Notes under the pieces: model-generated
Databases searched by the model: none
Told to the model about the DNA's origin: nothing
What the model saw: the letters and a program-made list of their open reading frames with translations, nothing else
Part shown: positions 10,864 to 21,575 of the stretch, one piece after another
Layout: each line of letters opens with the position of its first letter
Numbering within the stretch: position 1 is the stretch's first letter
Program-made: the position numbers and the translations under genes
DNA from: an uncultured delta proteobacterium
GTDB taxonomy: Bacteria > Desulfobacterota > Desulfobacteria > Desulfobacterales > Desulfosalsimonadaceae
Assembly (NCBI GenBank): GCA_963826785.1
Contig: CAWGYD010000008.1
Location: 256,001 to 320,000, forward strand
Direction: 5' to 3'
Length of the DNA: 64,000 bases

Positions 10864-10967
10864 TGATGGAATTTTAAAAAGGCTTCAGAACGCGGATGGA
10901 TCAGCCAAGATCGTCGCGCGGTTTGAGGTCAATCCGGAAGCGGCAAAGGGGCCAGATTCGCCCTTTG

Positions 10968-12638
10968 TCACGCCAGAGTGCCGATATCATTTAATACCGG
11001 CAGCAGCTTTGCCCGGCAGGCGGCGGCAAAGTCCTCCGGGTAATGGCCGTTGATCCACCGGAGCTGGGCCTCGCTGAAGGCCCCCGGCGACTCCGGCAGG
11101 CGGGGAAGAAAGGTATAAATGAGCCGCTGGTCCGTATCCAGACTGTCTATGGATCTGGCATATTCAAAAACCGTGACCATTTTTGCCCCCAGGACACCCA
11201 GCACCTTGACGGCCACCAGCATGGCGTAGTCGATGGATCGGCGGACATCGTTGTCGGCTTCCAGGATATGCCCCACCGGGGGAAGCATCATGAGCTGGAT
11301 CTCCCACTGGGAGGTCTGGGCCTTGGGTACAAATAAAATAAGGTTCATATCCTCATAAATGACCAGGCTGCGGTTCTCTTCCCGGCGGTCAAACCGCTGG
11401 TTGCCGAAGATCGCCCGGATGTAGGACTCGAAAAAAGGTTTGGACGCCTGCAGGCGATAGGTGCGGATAAAATCGGCCACCATGTCTCCGCAGGCATAGG
11501 GCGTAAAATCCCCACCGTCCTCCCATCCCCGGGCCTTGACGCCTTCCATGGGGATGCACGCGGGAATCATGGCATACTGCTGGTGAATCTGCTGGTGGGA
11601 AGCGTGCAGCCGGTACCGGGTGGGGGCATAATCGAAACCGAAGTTCCATCCCCACAGGGTGCGGTTGAACTTCAGGTCTTTTCGCTTGGCGCTCATCTGC
11701 AGCGCCTGATTGACCTCGCTGCGCAGTTTTTCGATCTCCGCCCCGGTCATCTGCCGGCGCTGGCAGTTAACTACGATACCGATCTCCTCGGCCACGCGGA
11801 TCACCGTTCGTTGATAATATAGGTGCCGCAGGGCGCGCATGTCCGCCAGCGTCAGGTCGGCGATCCGGTATCGGACCGCATCATGCGCCATGTTGGCGGC
11901 ATAATGCCCCCCCGGAATATAGCTGTTTCGACGTAAATATTCGAAAACATGAGAGGAGCCGCCTCCTTTAGCAAATTCCCCCACAATCTCGCTGCTTCCC
12001 TGGGCCCCGGGAAGCAGAACCATGACAATTTTGTAATCATCCGGAAGACAAGGATTATTGGCCACAATTTCAAACAGCAGATGGTCCCTGATCACCGGGC
12101 CGGCGCTGCCGTCGGCATTGGCCTGATACCGAAGGCCGACCGGCTTTTCACCATCCGCGCCGTAAACAAATTGAGCCGACTGCCGGGCCAGTTGAACCAG
12201 ATCCCGGGGGTCGGTGGAAGTGGCAGCAAGGGCCAGGCGAAGGGGCTTTGGAAGGGTTTCAAAATAATGCGGCGGCACAGATGATGGACGGTTCTCTTTT
12301 TTAATCCATCCGGCCAGTGTGTCGGTGAAAGAGACCGGCTCGGGTGCTGGAATCCGGATGGATTCTGGGTCTTTGGCCTTTTGGTCCGCCCAGGATTTGG
12401 TAATATACGTGACGCCTCTAAAGGGAAACGGGTTACGGATTTCATAGATGGTGTCCGCACCGGTTTCGTCCACGTCCCCCGGCGGGAAATTATCCCGGTT
12501 GTTCACCGATGTTTGGTCTAAATAGCGGCCCAGATCAACTATGAAGTTGTTTTCACGCAGATTTTTCACCCGAAAGCGGGGGCGGTGAGCCCCATATACG
12601 AAATTGCCGGTCGGCGCCACGCAGGTCCTGAGTTTCAT
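10968..12638 (-). CDS. Hypothetical protein with a GalT/HIT-like C-terminal half
   Basis: 556-aa ORF. HASHQQIHQQ resembles the GalT GAS-x-x-H-x-H-x-Q motif, and LFVPKAQTSQWEIQ resembles the second GalT domain. Confidence 0.6.
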   Translation of the reverse strand: MKLRTCVAPTGNFVYGAHRPRFRVKNLRENNFIVDLGRYLDQTSVNNRDNFPPGDVDETGADTIYEIRNPFPFRGVTYITKSWADQKAKDPESIRIPAPEPVSFTDTLAGWIKKENRPSSVPPHYFETLPKPLRLALAATSTDPRDLVQLARQSAQFVYGADGEKPVGLRYQANADGSAGPVIRDHLLFEIVANNPCLPDDYKIVMVLLPGAQGSSEIVGEFAKGGGSSHVFEYLRRNSYIPGGHYAANMAHDAVRYRIADLTLADMRALRHLYYQRTVIRVAEEIGIVVNCQRRQMTGAEIEKLRSEVNQALQMSAKRKDLKFNRTLWGWNFGFDYAPTRYRLHASHQQIHQQYAMIPACIPMEGVKARGWEDGGDFTPYACGDMVADFIRTYRLQASKPFFESYIRAIFGNQRFDRREENRSLVIYEDMNLILFVPKAQTSQWEIQLMMLPPVGHILEADNDVRRSIDYAMLVAVKVLGVLGAKMVTVFEYARSIDSLDTDQRLIYTFLPRLPESPGAFSEAQLRWINGHYPEDFAAACRAKLLPVLNDIGTLA

Positions 12639-12713
12639 GATTATTCCTTTTTATCGGTGTCTGACTCAGGTACTTCTACCACTTCCCTCCGGCGATTTTC
12701 AAGCTGCAATTAT

Positions 12714-13148
12714 TCATAATCCCTTCAAATCGGCCTGAAGATGAGCAACCGAATCGATGGCGCGCTTCTTGTCGCTGTATTGCTCGAGTGCACCGATAAA
12801 CCGGGTGATTTTTTTTTGAACCCCTTCATCGATATCCATGAACTGGCATCCCAGCCCGGTATGACCGGCGTCGTCGAGAATCCATTTGATCTGAATTTCC
12901 GTGTTCACCGGCAGCTTGAATTTCTTCAAGTCATTGATCTCCATAAGGATCAACCGGTTTCCGGATTCAAAGGAGAGATTTTCATTTTTTTTGACATAGC
13001 AGCTCAATCCGCCTGCGCTCAGGTCCAACAGCGTCGACGGAATCACGCTCTGTATGCCGTGAATCGAAAACAGCGCGGCAATACCGTCCCGGGTGGAAAA
13101 CATCACCCGTTTATGTCGCCTTCTTTTCTCAATATCGTTTTCCATCAT
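12714..13148 (-). CDS. Single-domain PilZ protein (putative c-di-GMP receptor)
   Basis: RRRHKR (RxxxR), DLSAGG (DxSxxG) and terminal GLGCQF. Confidence 0.8.
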   Translation of the reverse strand: MMENDIEKRRRHKRVMFSTRDGIAALFSIHGIQSVIPSTLLDLSAGGLSCYVKKNENLSFESGNRLILMEINDLKKFKLPVNTEIQIKWILDDAGHTGLGCQFMDIDEGVQKKITRFIGALEQYSDKKRAIDSVAHLQADLKGL

Positions 13149-13683
13149 ATATATCCTCAAGTTTAAAACTGTTATGCGTTGCCGTCCGGCATCCATTCCG
13201 CCGGTACTGTTTCATAAGAATATGAACTCCATTCAGATGAGACAAGCAGCGCCTGACCGATTATGCGGATTCCGATCTGCATGAAAACGCCTCCCCGCGA
13301 CAGCTGAGAAATCGCTTTGAGCATACAAAGGCAAAACAAGCCCTTGTCGGGATGATATCGCCATGAAGGACAATGACATCAGAATCCGCTCCTCACGCGT
13401 TTTCCGAAATTTCATCGCCCAAAAGATCCCCCAGTCGATTCAAGAACAAGATATATAATTGATTTAATATTAGATTGACACAAATGGCCATCATGGTAAT
13501 TATTCTAAACAGGTATTGCCATCCTTTGATACCCGTAAGGCCAAGCAGTCCCGGCAGTGCCGCTTTGGAGCTAAAAAAGAATATTATGTATATGTTGACG
13601 CGCTCTGCGAAATCGGCCAGTATTAAAATTTCGGCTTGAAAGCGCTGCTTTCAGCAACAGAATTCCAAAAAAGGGAGCAAACC

Positions 13684-14496
13684 ATGAAACCTTTAAAAAT
13701 AATAGTGACCGGCGCGCTGATCCTGGCTTTTCTGGCCGCCTGCTCCACAGTTCCCATCACCGGCCGTCAGCAGCTGGACCTGGTGCCTGAATCCACCATG
13801 CTATCCATGAGTTTTCAGCAGTATGACCAGTTTCTTAAGGAACACAAAGTCATAAACAATACCGAGTGTGCAAAAATGGTGCAGCAGGTGGGCCAGAATA
13901 TCGCGCAGGCGGTGGATACCTTTTTTAAACAGCACAACATGGCCGACAAGATCAAAGATTATAAATGGGAATTCCACCTGATCGACAGCGAAGAAGTCAA
14001 CGCCTGGTGCATGCCGGGGGGCAAGGTCGTGGTATACCAGGGGCTCTGCCCTGTGGCAAAGGACGCCAACGGCCTGGCCGTGGTGATGGGGCACGAAATC
14101 GCCCATGCGGTGGCCGGACACGGCGGTGAGCGGATGAGCCAGGGACTGCTGGCCCAGTTCGGGACCGTGGCGTTGGGTGAGGCATTAAAGACCCAGCCGG
14201 CCGCGACCCAGCAGCTCTGGATGACTGCGTTCGGGCTGGGCGCCCAGGTGGGGGTTCTTTTGCCCTACAGCCGTCTCCAGGAATCCGAGGCCGACCGGCT
14301 GGGCCTGATCTTCATGGCCATGGCCGGCTATGACCCCCATGGAGCGGTTGCCTTCTGGGAACGGATGATGGCCAAGAAAGGCGGCGCGTCGGCTCCGGAA
14401 TTTTTGAGCACCCACCCTTCGGATCAGAAGCGGATCGAAAATATCAAGAAACTGATCCCCGAAGCCATGCAGTATTATCATCCTTCTGCCAATTAG
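13684..14496 (+). CDS. M48-family Zn metallopeptidase lipoprotein
   Basis: Lipobox LAAC, VNAWCMPGGK, HEIAH, YSRLQESEAD and FLSTHP. Confidence 0.93.
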   Translation: MKPLKIIVTGALILAFLAACSTVPITGRQQLDLVPESTMLSMSFQQYDQFLKEHKVINNTECAKMVQQVGQNIAQAVDTFFKQHNMADKIKDYKWEFHLIDSEEVNAWCMPGGKVVVYQGLCPVAKDANGLAVVMGHEIAHAVAGHGGERMSQGLLAQFGTVALGEALKTQPAATQQLWMTAFGLGAQVGVLLPYSRLQESEADRLGLIFMAMAGYDPHGAVAFWERMMAKKGGASAPEFLSTHPSDQKRIENIKKLIPEAMQYYHPSAN

Positions 14497-14515
14497 AAGG
14501 GAATTTAAGGCTCCA

Positions 14516-14893
14516 ATGCTTCAGAAATTTCTGCTGTTGTCCATCGCCGGCGCTGCGGGGACCCTTTGCCGCTACGGACTGGCCGGTTTCGTCCACCGCC
14601 TGACCGGTGCCGGATTTCCCTGGGGAACCCTGGCGGTGAATATCACCGGATGTTTTCTGGCGGGCGTGGTCTGGACCCTTTTCGAACACCGATGGCCCCT
14701 TTTCGGCCAGGCCCGTGTAATCATCATGGTGGGGTTTATGGGTGCTTTCACCACATTTTCATCGTATATACTGGAAACCGGCGAACTGCTTCGTGCGGCC
14801 GACTGGGCCGCTGCCGCCGGCAATTTTTTTCTGCAGAACGGCATCGGGTTTGCCGCACTCTTTGCCGGCATCACCCTGGCCCGCCTGCTCTGA
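14516..14893 (+). CDS. crcB: Fluoride channel CrcB/Fluc
   Basis: 125 aa with four TM segments, FPWGTLAVN and GFMGAFTTFSS. Confidence 0.93.
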   Translation: MLQKFLLLSIAGAAGTLCRYGLAGFVHRLTGAGFPWGTLAVNITGCFLAGVVWTLFEHRWPLFGQARVIIMVGFMGAFTTFSSYILETGELLRAADWAAAAGNFFLQNGIGFAALFAGITLARLL

Positions 14894-14907
14894 TCCGGGA
14901 GAATATC

Positions 14908-15270
14908 ATGAAGCTTCCGCATGAATCGATGCTGCTGAGAATTTTCATCGGGGAGAGCGACCGGTCCGAAGGAAGACCCCTCTATGAAGTGATCGTCAAA
15001 AAAGCGCGTGAAACCGGAATGGCCGGCGCCACGGTCATTCGCGGCGTCCTGGGATTCGGCGCCAACAGCCGCATTCATACTTCGAAGATTCTGCGCCTGT
15101 CCGAAGATCTTCCCCTGGTGATCGAAATCGTGGACACCGAAGAAAAAATCGAATCCTTCCTGCCCGAACTCGACGCCCTGATCACGGAAGGCCTGGTCAC
15201 CCTGGAAAAGGCCCGGGTGATGGTTTATCGCCACAATGCGAAGGGATCGGAGGCGAGAAAAACCGATTGA
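14908..15270 (+). CDS. DUF190 (P-II-like) protein
   Basis: LLRIFIGESD, AGATVIRG and LRLSEDLPLVIEIVD. Lies directly after crcB, its usual neighbour. Confidence 0.88.
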   Translation: MKLPHESMLLRIFIGESDRSEGRPLYEVIVKKARETGMAGATVIRGVLGFGANSRIHTSKILRLSEDLPLVIEIVDTEEKIESFLPELDALITEGLVTLEKARVMVYRHNAKGSEARKTD

Positions 15271-15501
15271 CCGGCCATCAGGTAATCGTCCACCCAGCCG
15301 GGCCCGCCTGCCGGTGCGACATTTCTGGATACAAATTCATATGCATCTACGACCGGACGGTAGAAATGTATCCGGTACCGCAAATACCCGAACCTCCAAT
15401 ACGAAATACATTCTAACCCCAATTCCATTCAATCCGCTGTTTTTCTATAAACTATAGCTGACTGTTCTATCCGGCAAAAATGCTCCAACGGGAACAACAG
15501 C

Positions 15502-17143
15502 TTGAAAACATTTGTCTTCCTGATTCTGCTGCCCATCGTCTGCATGGGAGGATGCTTTAGGGTCGGTCCGAATTTCAGCTCCCCACGGGTGTCCGTGGAG
15601 GAATCATGGATGGAAATCAGAGATTCGCGTCTGGGTGTGGGAACCCCGAAATACCGGGGCTGGTGGCGGATCTTTGATGACCCCGACCTCACCCTGCTCA
15701 TCAACACGGCTTACCGGGACAATCTGCAGCTGCAGGCCGCCGGGCTTCGGGTGATCGAGGCACAGGCGCAACTCGGCATTGCCGTCGGGCAGTGGTATCC
15801 CCAATCCCAGCAGGCCAGCGGCTCCCTGAAGCAAAACGAGATCGGTTCCGGGGTGGGTTTCGGTGCATTCGGCACCCAGGCCGGGACGTCAGCCGCCGCC
15901 GGCGGTGCGTCAACAACAGCCGGCAGCACGGCTTCGTCCTCCCCGGGAAGCCTCTCCTATGCGGAATCGACCCTGGGGGCGGCCGCCAGCTGGGAAATTG
16001 ATTTCTGGGGCAAATTCCGCCGGGGGATCGATTCGGCACGGCTGAGCCTGCTGGCCTCGGTGGCGGCCTATGATTCGGCCCTGGTCAGCCTCACCGCCCA
16101 GGTGGCCAACACTTACATTTCCATCCGCACGCTGGAAAAACGGCTGCGCATTGCCCGGGAAAATGCGAAAAGCCAGGAGGAAGGGCTGAGGATCGCCCGG
16201 GTCCGGTACCGGGCGGGCGCCACCAGCGAACGCGATGTTTACCAGGCGCTTTCCCAGTTAAAGGCCACCCGGGCGACCATTCCCCAGTTGGAGACCACCC
16301 TTCGCGAGACCCGCAACGCCTTGAGCGTTCTTCTGGGGCGGCCGCCCGCACAGATAAACGGCCTCCTTTCGGAGAAATCCGGGATTCCTTCCGTGCCTTC
16401 GAAGGTGGCGGTGGGGATTCCCATCGATTTGCTGCGCAGGCGCCCCGATATCCGTCAGGCCGAGTATCAGGCGGCTGCACAAGTCAATCAAATCGGCATC
16501 GCCAAAGCGGATTTGTACCCCGCCTTTTCGCTTTCGGGTTCCTTCGAGGTGATCGGAAACAACCTGGGCCCCATCCGGCCTGGGGGATATGTTTTCCTGG
16601 AATCATCGCCTGATCACCTACGGGCCGTCCTTTACCTGGAACTTTTTAAATTACGGTCGTATCGCCAATAATGTCCGGCTGCAGGACGCCCGTTTCCAGG
16701 AACTTCTGGTTTCCTACCGGAGCGCCGTGCTCCAGGCGCAGCAGGAAGTCGAAAACAACCTGGTCGCCTTTCTCAATACCCAGGACCAGGCCGCCCTGCT
16801 GCAGGAGGCGGCGGAGGCGGCGAAACAGTCGCTTGAACTGGCCATGGTGCAGTATAAGGAAGGCGATACCGACTACACCACCGTGCTCACGGCCCAGCAG
16901 GCCCTGCTGTCCCAGCAGGATAGTCTGGCCAGTGCAGAGGGGCAGGTCCCCCAAAGCCTGGTGGGCATATACCGTGCGTTGGGCGGCGGATGGGAGATTC
17001 GCCAGGGAAACGATTTTATCCCTGAAAAGATACGCCAGGAGATGACCCGGCGGACCGACTGGGGCGATCTTCTAAAAGAGCAGCCGGTAAAACCGGCGGC
17101 AGTTGAGGAAACGGGAATTCTGCCCCCGCTGCCCCGATGGTGA
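15502..17143 (+). CDS. Outer-membrane efflux factor (NodT/OprM-like lipoprotein), with an apparent +1 frameshift near 16570
   Basis: VGPNF, WWRIFDDP, SWEIDFWG, LLRRRPDI and YRALGGGW are split over ORFs 15502-16671 and 16589-17143. Removing one C from ggcccc restores NLGPSGLGDMFSW. Confidence 0.85.
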
Positions 17144-17189
17144 TGGGGGTTGAAACATGAAAGCCGAAACCACAACCTGAAAGGAACCG

Positions 17190-18374
17190 ATGCCGATGCA
17201 TGCCCCCAGGGCCGCCCCATGGATGAGGTGGGGATTTTTCATCATCCCCCTCTTATGTTCGGCCTTGGCCGGCTGCGGCAAAGGCCAGGAAAACACCGCG
17301 CCGCCGCCAACCCCCAAGGTTACCGTCTCCCATCCGCTGGAGCAGAGCGTGACCGATTACATCGAGGTCCCCGGCACCCTGCAGGCGCGTGGCGAGGTCA
17401 ACCTGATGGCACGGGTGGAAGGATATCTGGAGTCCATCCACTTTGAAGACGGGGCGATCGTACAGGAAGGGGAACTGCTTTTCCTGATCGAACCGGGACC
17501 CTATGAAGCGGATCTGCAGCAGGCCCAGGCCGTCGTGGCCCAGCAAAAGGCGGCCCTGGAGCACGCATTGAAGGAATATGAGCGGCAGCAGCGGATGAAG
17601 AAGAAGAATGCGACATCGGAATCGAATGTCGAACAATGGCGGGCCCAGTATGAACAGGCCAAGGCCGCGCTCAAGGAGGCCGAGGCCAAAGTCGAACTGG
17701 CCCGGATCAACCTGTCCTATACCAAGATCCGAGCCCCCTTCGACGGGCGCATGGAAAGACACCTGGTTGATCCGGGCAACCTGGTGGGTGCCGGCGGCCC
17801 CACCCAGCTGGCCACCATCCACCGGCTCAACCCGATATTTGCCTATTTTAACCTGACGGAGCAGGAAACCATGCGGTTTCTCAACAGGCTGCGGGAAAAT
17901 CGATCAGCGGATCAAAACCAGATCCCCGTGTTTCTGGGGGTGACCGGAGAAACGGGGTATCCTCACCGGGGAGTAGTGGATTACACGTCCACGGTTTTGA
18001 ACCCGGCCACGGGCGCCCTGCAGATGCGCGGCATCCTCGACAATCCGCTGGTCAACCGGTTTCCCGCGCTGCTCCCCGGGATGTATGCCCATGTGCGGAT
18101 TCCGGTATCGGTCGATACGCATGCACTGCTGGTGCCGGATGCCGCCCTGGGGGTGGCCCAGGGAAAGGAGTTCCTTCTGCTGGTCAATGAAAATGACAAG
18201 GTGGAGCAGCGTTTTGTCACCACCGGCAAGAAGGTCGATGATCTGCGGGTGATTAAAAAGGGGATTGGACCGGAAAGCCGGGTGATCGTCACCGGCCTTC
18301 AACAGGCGCATCCCGGTGCGAAGGTGACCCCGCAGATGAAACAGATGAAGGGGGACCATCTCCCTGGAAAGTAA
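17190..18374 (+). CDS. RND efflux periplasmic adaptor (MFP)
   Basis: Lipobox LAGC, ARVEGYL, IRAPFDG and LLPGMYA. Confidence 0.92.
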   Translation: MPMHAPRAAPWMRWGFFIIPLLCSALAGCGKGQENTAPPPTPKVTVSHPLEQSVTDYIEVPGTLQARGEVNLMARVEGYLESIHFEDGAIVQEGELLFLIEPGPYEADLQQAQAVVAQQKAALEHALKEYERQQRMKKKNATSESNVEQWRAQYEQAKAALKEAEAKVELARINLSYTKIRAPFDGRMERHLVDPGNLVGAGGPTQLATIHRLNPIFAYFNLTEQETMRFLNRLRENRSADQNQIPVFLGVTGETGYPHRGVVDYTSTVLNPATGALQMRGILDNPLVNRFPALLPGMYAHVRIPVSVDTHALLVPDAALGVAQGKEFLLLVNENDKVEQRFVTTGKKVDDLRVIKKGIGPESRVIVTGLQQAHPGAKVTPQMKQMKGDHLPGK

Positions 18375-18440
18375 GGCCTAACATGAACATACGACCGGGC
18401 AAAGCCCCGCATGCCCGGCCGGGGACTGGAGTAGGCATAA

Positions 18441-21400
18441 ATGTTCTCCCGGTTTTTTATCGAACGCCCCATCTTCGCCAACGTGCTGGCCATCGTCATC
18501 GTCATCATCGGGGGAATTGCCCTGATGCGCCTGCCCATTACCAAATACCCCGACATCACGCCCCCCACCATCACCGTGAGCACCTTCTTCCCGGGCGCCA
18601 GTGCCAGGATACTGGTGGAGAGCGTGGCCCGGCCCATCGAAGAGGCGGTCAACGGGGTGGAGGGGATGCTGTACATGCAATCGAACAGCGCCGGCAATGG
18701 GGCATACAGCCTGACGGTGACTTTCCAGATCGGCTCCGATATCAACACCGACCAGATCCTGGTGCAAAACCGCGTCTCTTCGGCGCTTTCTCTTTTGCCC
18801 GTCGAGGTTCAGCGCCAGGGGGTCACCACCCGCAAGTCCTCCACGTCCATTCTGCAGGTGATCACCCTGACGTCACCGGACGAACGCTATGACAGCCTTT
18901 TTCTCGACAATTACGCCCTGATCAACCTCAAGGAGGAACTGCTGCGCCTGGACGGGGTGGGCAACATCCAGATTTTCGGGGTCGGCTCCTATGCCATGCG
19001 CATCTGGCTGAATCCCGCCATCATGCAGAGCTATAACCTGACCCCCGCCGATGTGGTTCAGGCCATCCAGGGACAGAATATCCAGGTGGCCGCCGGGGAA
19101 ATCGGATCACCGCCCGTTCCTTCCGGGCAGGACTTCCAGTACAGCGTCCGGGTGCAGGGGCGCCTTGAGCAGGTGGGGGAATTTGAAAACATCATCGTCA
19201 AAAGCCAGACGGAGCAGGCCGGCCAGATCATCCGCATCAAGGACCTGGGACGGGTGGAACTCGGGTCCCAGACCTACAGCCAGTTCAACGAAAAAAACGG
19301 CACTCCCTCCGCCGGTATCGCCGTTTTCCAGCTTCCCGGCGCCAACGCCCTGAAGGTGGCGGGGGAGGTCAAAAGCGCCATGGAGCGACTGAGCCAATCC
19401 TTTCCCGCCGGCCTCGAATACAGCATCCCTTTTGACACCACCATGTTTGTCCGCGCCTCCATCGATGAGGTCTACCGGACCCTTTTCGAAGCGATCGCCC
19501 TGGTGCTGGTGGTGATCCTGCTCTTCCTCCAGATCATGCGCACCATGATCATTCCCGCCACCGCACTGCCGGTGACCATTCTGGGGGCCTTCGTGGCCAT
19601 GGCCACCCTCGGGTACACCATCAACATGGTGACCATGTTCGCCCTGGTGCTGGCCATCGGCATCGTGGTCGATGACGGCATCATCATCGTGGAAGGGGTC
19701 ACCCACCACATGGAACAGGGACTTGCCCCCAAGGAAGCGACCATCGAGGCCATGGGGGAACTCAGCAGCCCCATTTACGGAATCACCGTGGTGCTCATGG
19801 CCGTATTTGTCCCCGCCGTTTTCATGTCCGGGGTGACCGGGCATCTCTACCGGCAGTTCTCCCTGGTCATCGCCGCCACCGCCCTGATCAGCGCCTTCAA
19901 CGCCCTGACCCTCCAGCCGGCCCAGTGCGTCCTCTATCTCAAGCCGAAGAAGAAAAAAGAGCGGCCGAACTTCATCTACCGCATTTTCAATTCTTTTTAC
20001 GACGCCGGGGAGCGGATTTTCCTGCGGCTGATCAGATGGATGACGCGGCACACCCTCATAATGGTGGCGGCCTATGCGGTCCTGATCGGCATTGCCGTCT
20101 GGCTGTTCGGGACCCTGCCCCGGGGGTTTCTGCCCACGGAGGACCAGGGCTATGTTCTGGTCAGCACGGAGTTGCCCCAGGCGGCTTCCCTTCAGCGCAC
20201 CCATGCGGTGGCGGAAAAAATGAACGCGGTTTACAAGACCATCCCCGGCATCAAGGACTGGGTCACGGTGGGGGGGATTTCCCTGCTGGAAGGCTTTGCC
20301 GCCAAATCCAATTCCGCGGTCACCTTCGTCATTCTTGAAAACTGGAGCCAGCGCGGATCTAAGCTTTCCTCGGATGCCATCACGGCACTTCTCCAGAAAA
20401 AGCTTTCCGCCATCCGGGAGGCCACGTTTTTTGCCACCCAGCCCCCCGCTATCCAGGGACTCGGCATCGTCACCGGTTTCGAGATGCAGGTGGGGCTGAA
20501 AGGCGGGAGCCTTGATTTCGATCAACTGCAGAAAGCGGTGCAAAAACTCATCAAGACCGCTTCCGCCAACCCCGGCATCGTCGGCCTCACCACCCCCTTC
20601 AACCCGGATGTGCCGCAGATCAATGCCAATGTCGATCGCCTCAAGGCGGAGGTGTTCGAGACCCCGGTGATCGATGTGTTCAACACGCTTCAGGCCTATC
20701 TGGGGTCTTCCTTTGTAAACCAGTTCAACCAGTTCGGGCAGACTTTCCAGGTCTACGTTCAGGCCGAGGGCGCTTTCCGGAACTCGCCGGAGGATATCGG
20801 CAACCTGTTTGTGCGCAATCAGAAAGGGCAGATGGTGCCCATGGGCAATTTGGTGGAGGTCAGTTTCACCAACGCCCCCTATTTTATCTCCCTGTACAAT
20901 CTCTACCCGTCCGCGGCGATCATCGGCAGCACAACGCCCGGATTCAGTTCAGGCCAGGCGATTTCCACCATGGAAAAAATCGCCGACAAGATCCTGCCAC
21001 AAAACATGGTCTACCAGTGGACGGGCATGTCCTTCCAGGAAAAGGCGGTGGGGCACCAGATCATCTACGTCTTTTTCCTTTCCGTGCTGCTGGTCTTTCT
21101 CACCCTGGCGGCCCAGTACGAAAGCTGGGCAAGCCCCCTGGCCGTGATTCTTTCCGTGCCCCTGGCCGTGCTGGGCATCACCCTGGCCCTGACCTTCAGG
21201 GGATACGAGATCAATGTGTACACCGAGATCGGCATCGTTTTGCTGGTGGCGCTGGCCAGCAAGAACGCCATCCTCATCGTCGACTATGCCCGGAATATCC
21301 GCAAGGAAGGCCGCTCGATCATCGACGCGGCCGTTCAAGCCTCCCAGCGACGGCTGCGCCCCATCCTGATGACCTCCCTGGCCTTTGTCTTCGGCGTCCT

Positions 21401-21563
21401 CCCGCTGTTTATCGCCACCGGAGCGGGGGCCACCGGCCGAAGGGACATCGGCACCGCGGTGATCGGGGGCATGCTCACCTCCACTTTTCTGGCCATGCTG
21501 TTCGTGCCGGTATTTTTCGTTATCACCCAGCGGTTGAGTGAGTGGTGGGAAAATCGGGGGTAA
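18441..21563 (+). CDS. RND efflux permease, HAE1 family
   Basis: 1040 aa with FFIERPIFA, AIGIVVDDGIIIVE, ASKNAILIV and RLRPILMTS. Confidence 0.96.
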   Translation: MFSRFFIERPIFANVLAIVIVIIGGIALMRLPITKYPDITPPTITVSTFFPGASARILVESVARPIEEAVNGVEGMLYMQSNSAGNGAYSLTVTFQIGSDINTDQILVQNRVSSALSLLPVEVQRQGVTTRKSSTSILQVITLTSPDERYDSLFLDNYALINLKEELLRLDGVGNIQIFGVGSYAMRIWLNPAIMQSYNLTPADVVQAIQGQNIQVAAGEIGSPPVPSGQDFQYSVRVQGRLEQVGEFENIIVKSQTEQAGQIIRIKDLGRVELGSQTYSQFNEKNGTPSAGIAVFQLPGANALKVAGEVKSAMERLSQSFPAGLEYSIPFDTTMFVRASIDEVYRTLFEAIALVLVVILLFLQIMRTMIIPATALPVTILGAFVAMATLGYTINMVTMFALVLAIGIVVDDGIIIVEGVTHHMEQGLAPKEATIEAMGELSSPIYGITVVLMAVFVPAVFMSGVTGHLYRQFSLVIAATALISAFNALTLQPAQCVLYLKPKKKKERPNFIYRIFNSFYDAGERIFLRLIRWMTRHTLIMVAAYAVLIGIAVWLFGTLPRGFLPTEDQGYVLVSTELPQAASLQRTHAVAEKMNAVYKTIPGIKDWVTVGGISLLEGFAAKSNSAVTFVILENWSQRGSKLSSDAITALLQKKLSAIREATFFATQPPAIQGLGIVTGFEMQVGLKGGSLDFDQLQKAVQKLIKTASANPGIVGLTTPFNPDVPQINANVDRLKAEVFETPVIDVFNTLQAYLGSSFVNQFNQFGQTFQVYVQAEGAFRNSPEDIGNLFVRNQKGQMVPMGNLVEVSFTNAPYFISLYNLYPSAAIIGSTTPGFSSGQAISTMEKIADKILPQNMVYQWTGMSFQEKAVGHQIIYVFFLSVLLVFLTLAAQYESWASPLAVILSVPLAVLGITLALTFRGYEINVYTEIGIVLLVALASKNAILIVDYARNIRKEGRSIIDAAVQASQRRLRPILMTSLAFVFGVLPLFIATGAGATGRRDIGTAVIGGMLTSTFLAMLFVPVFFVITQRLSEWWENRG

Positions 21564-21575
21564 AAGATGGGGCCG

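Noticed and set aside
13480..14515. Fluoride riboswitch upstream of crcB
   Set aside because: No recognisable crcB-motif sequence was found, and crcB follows the M48 gene by only 19 nt.
15315..15410. Regulator boxes upstream of the RND operon (CATTTCT/AGAAATG, GGATACA/TGTATCC)
   Set aside because: The matches are short and overlapping with inconsistent spacing, too weak to call.
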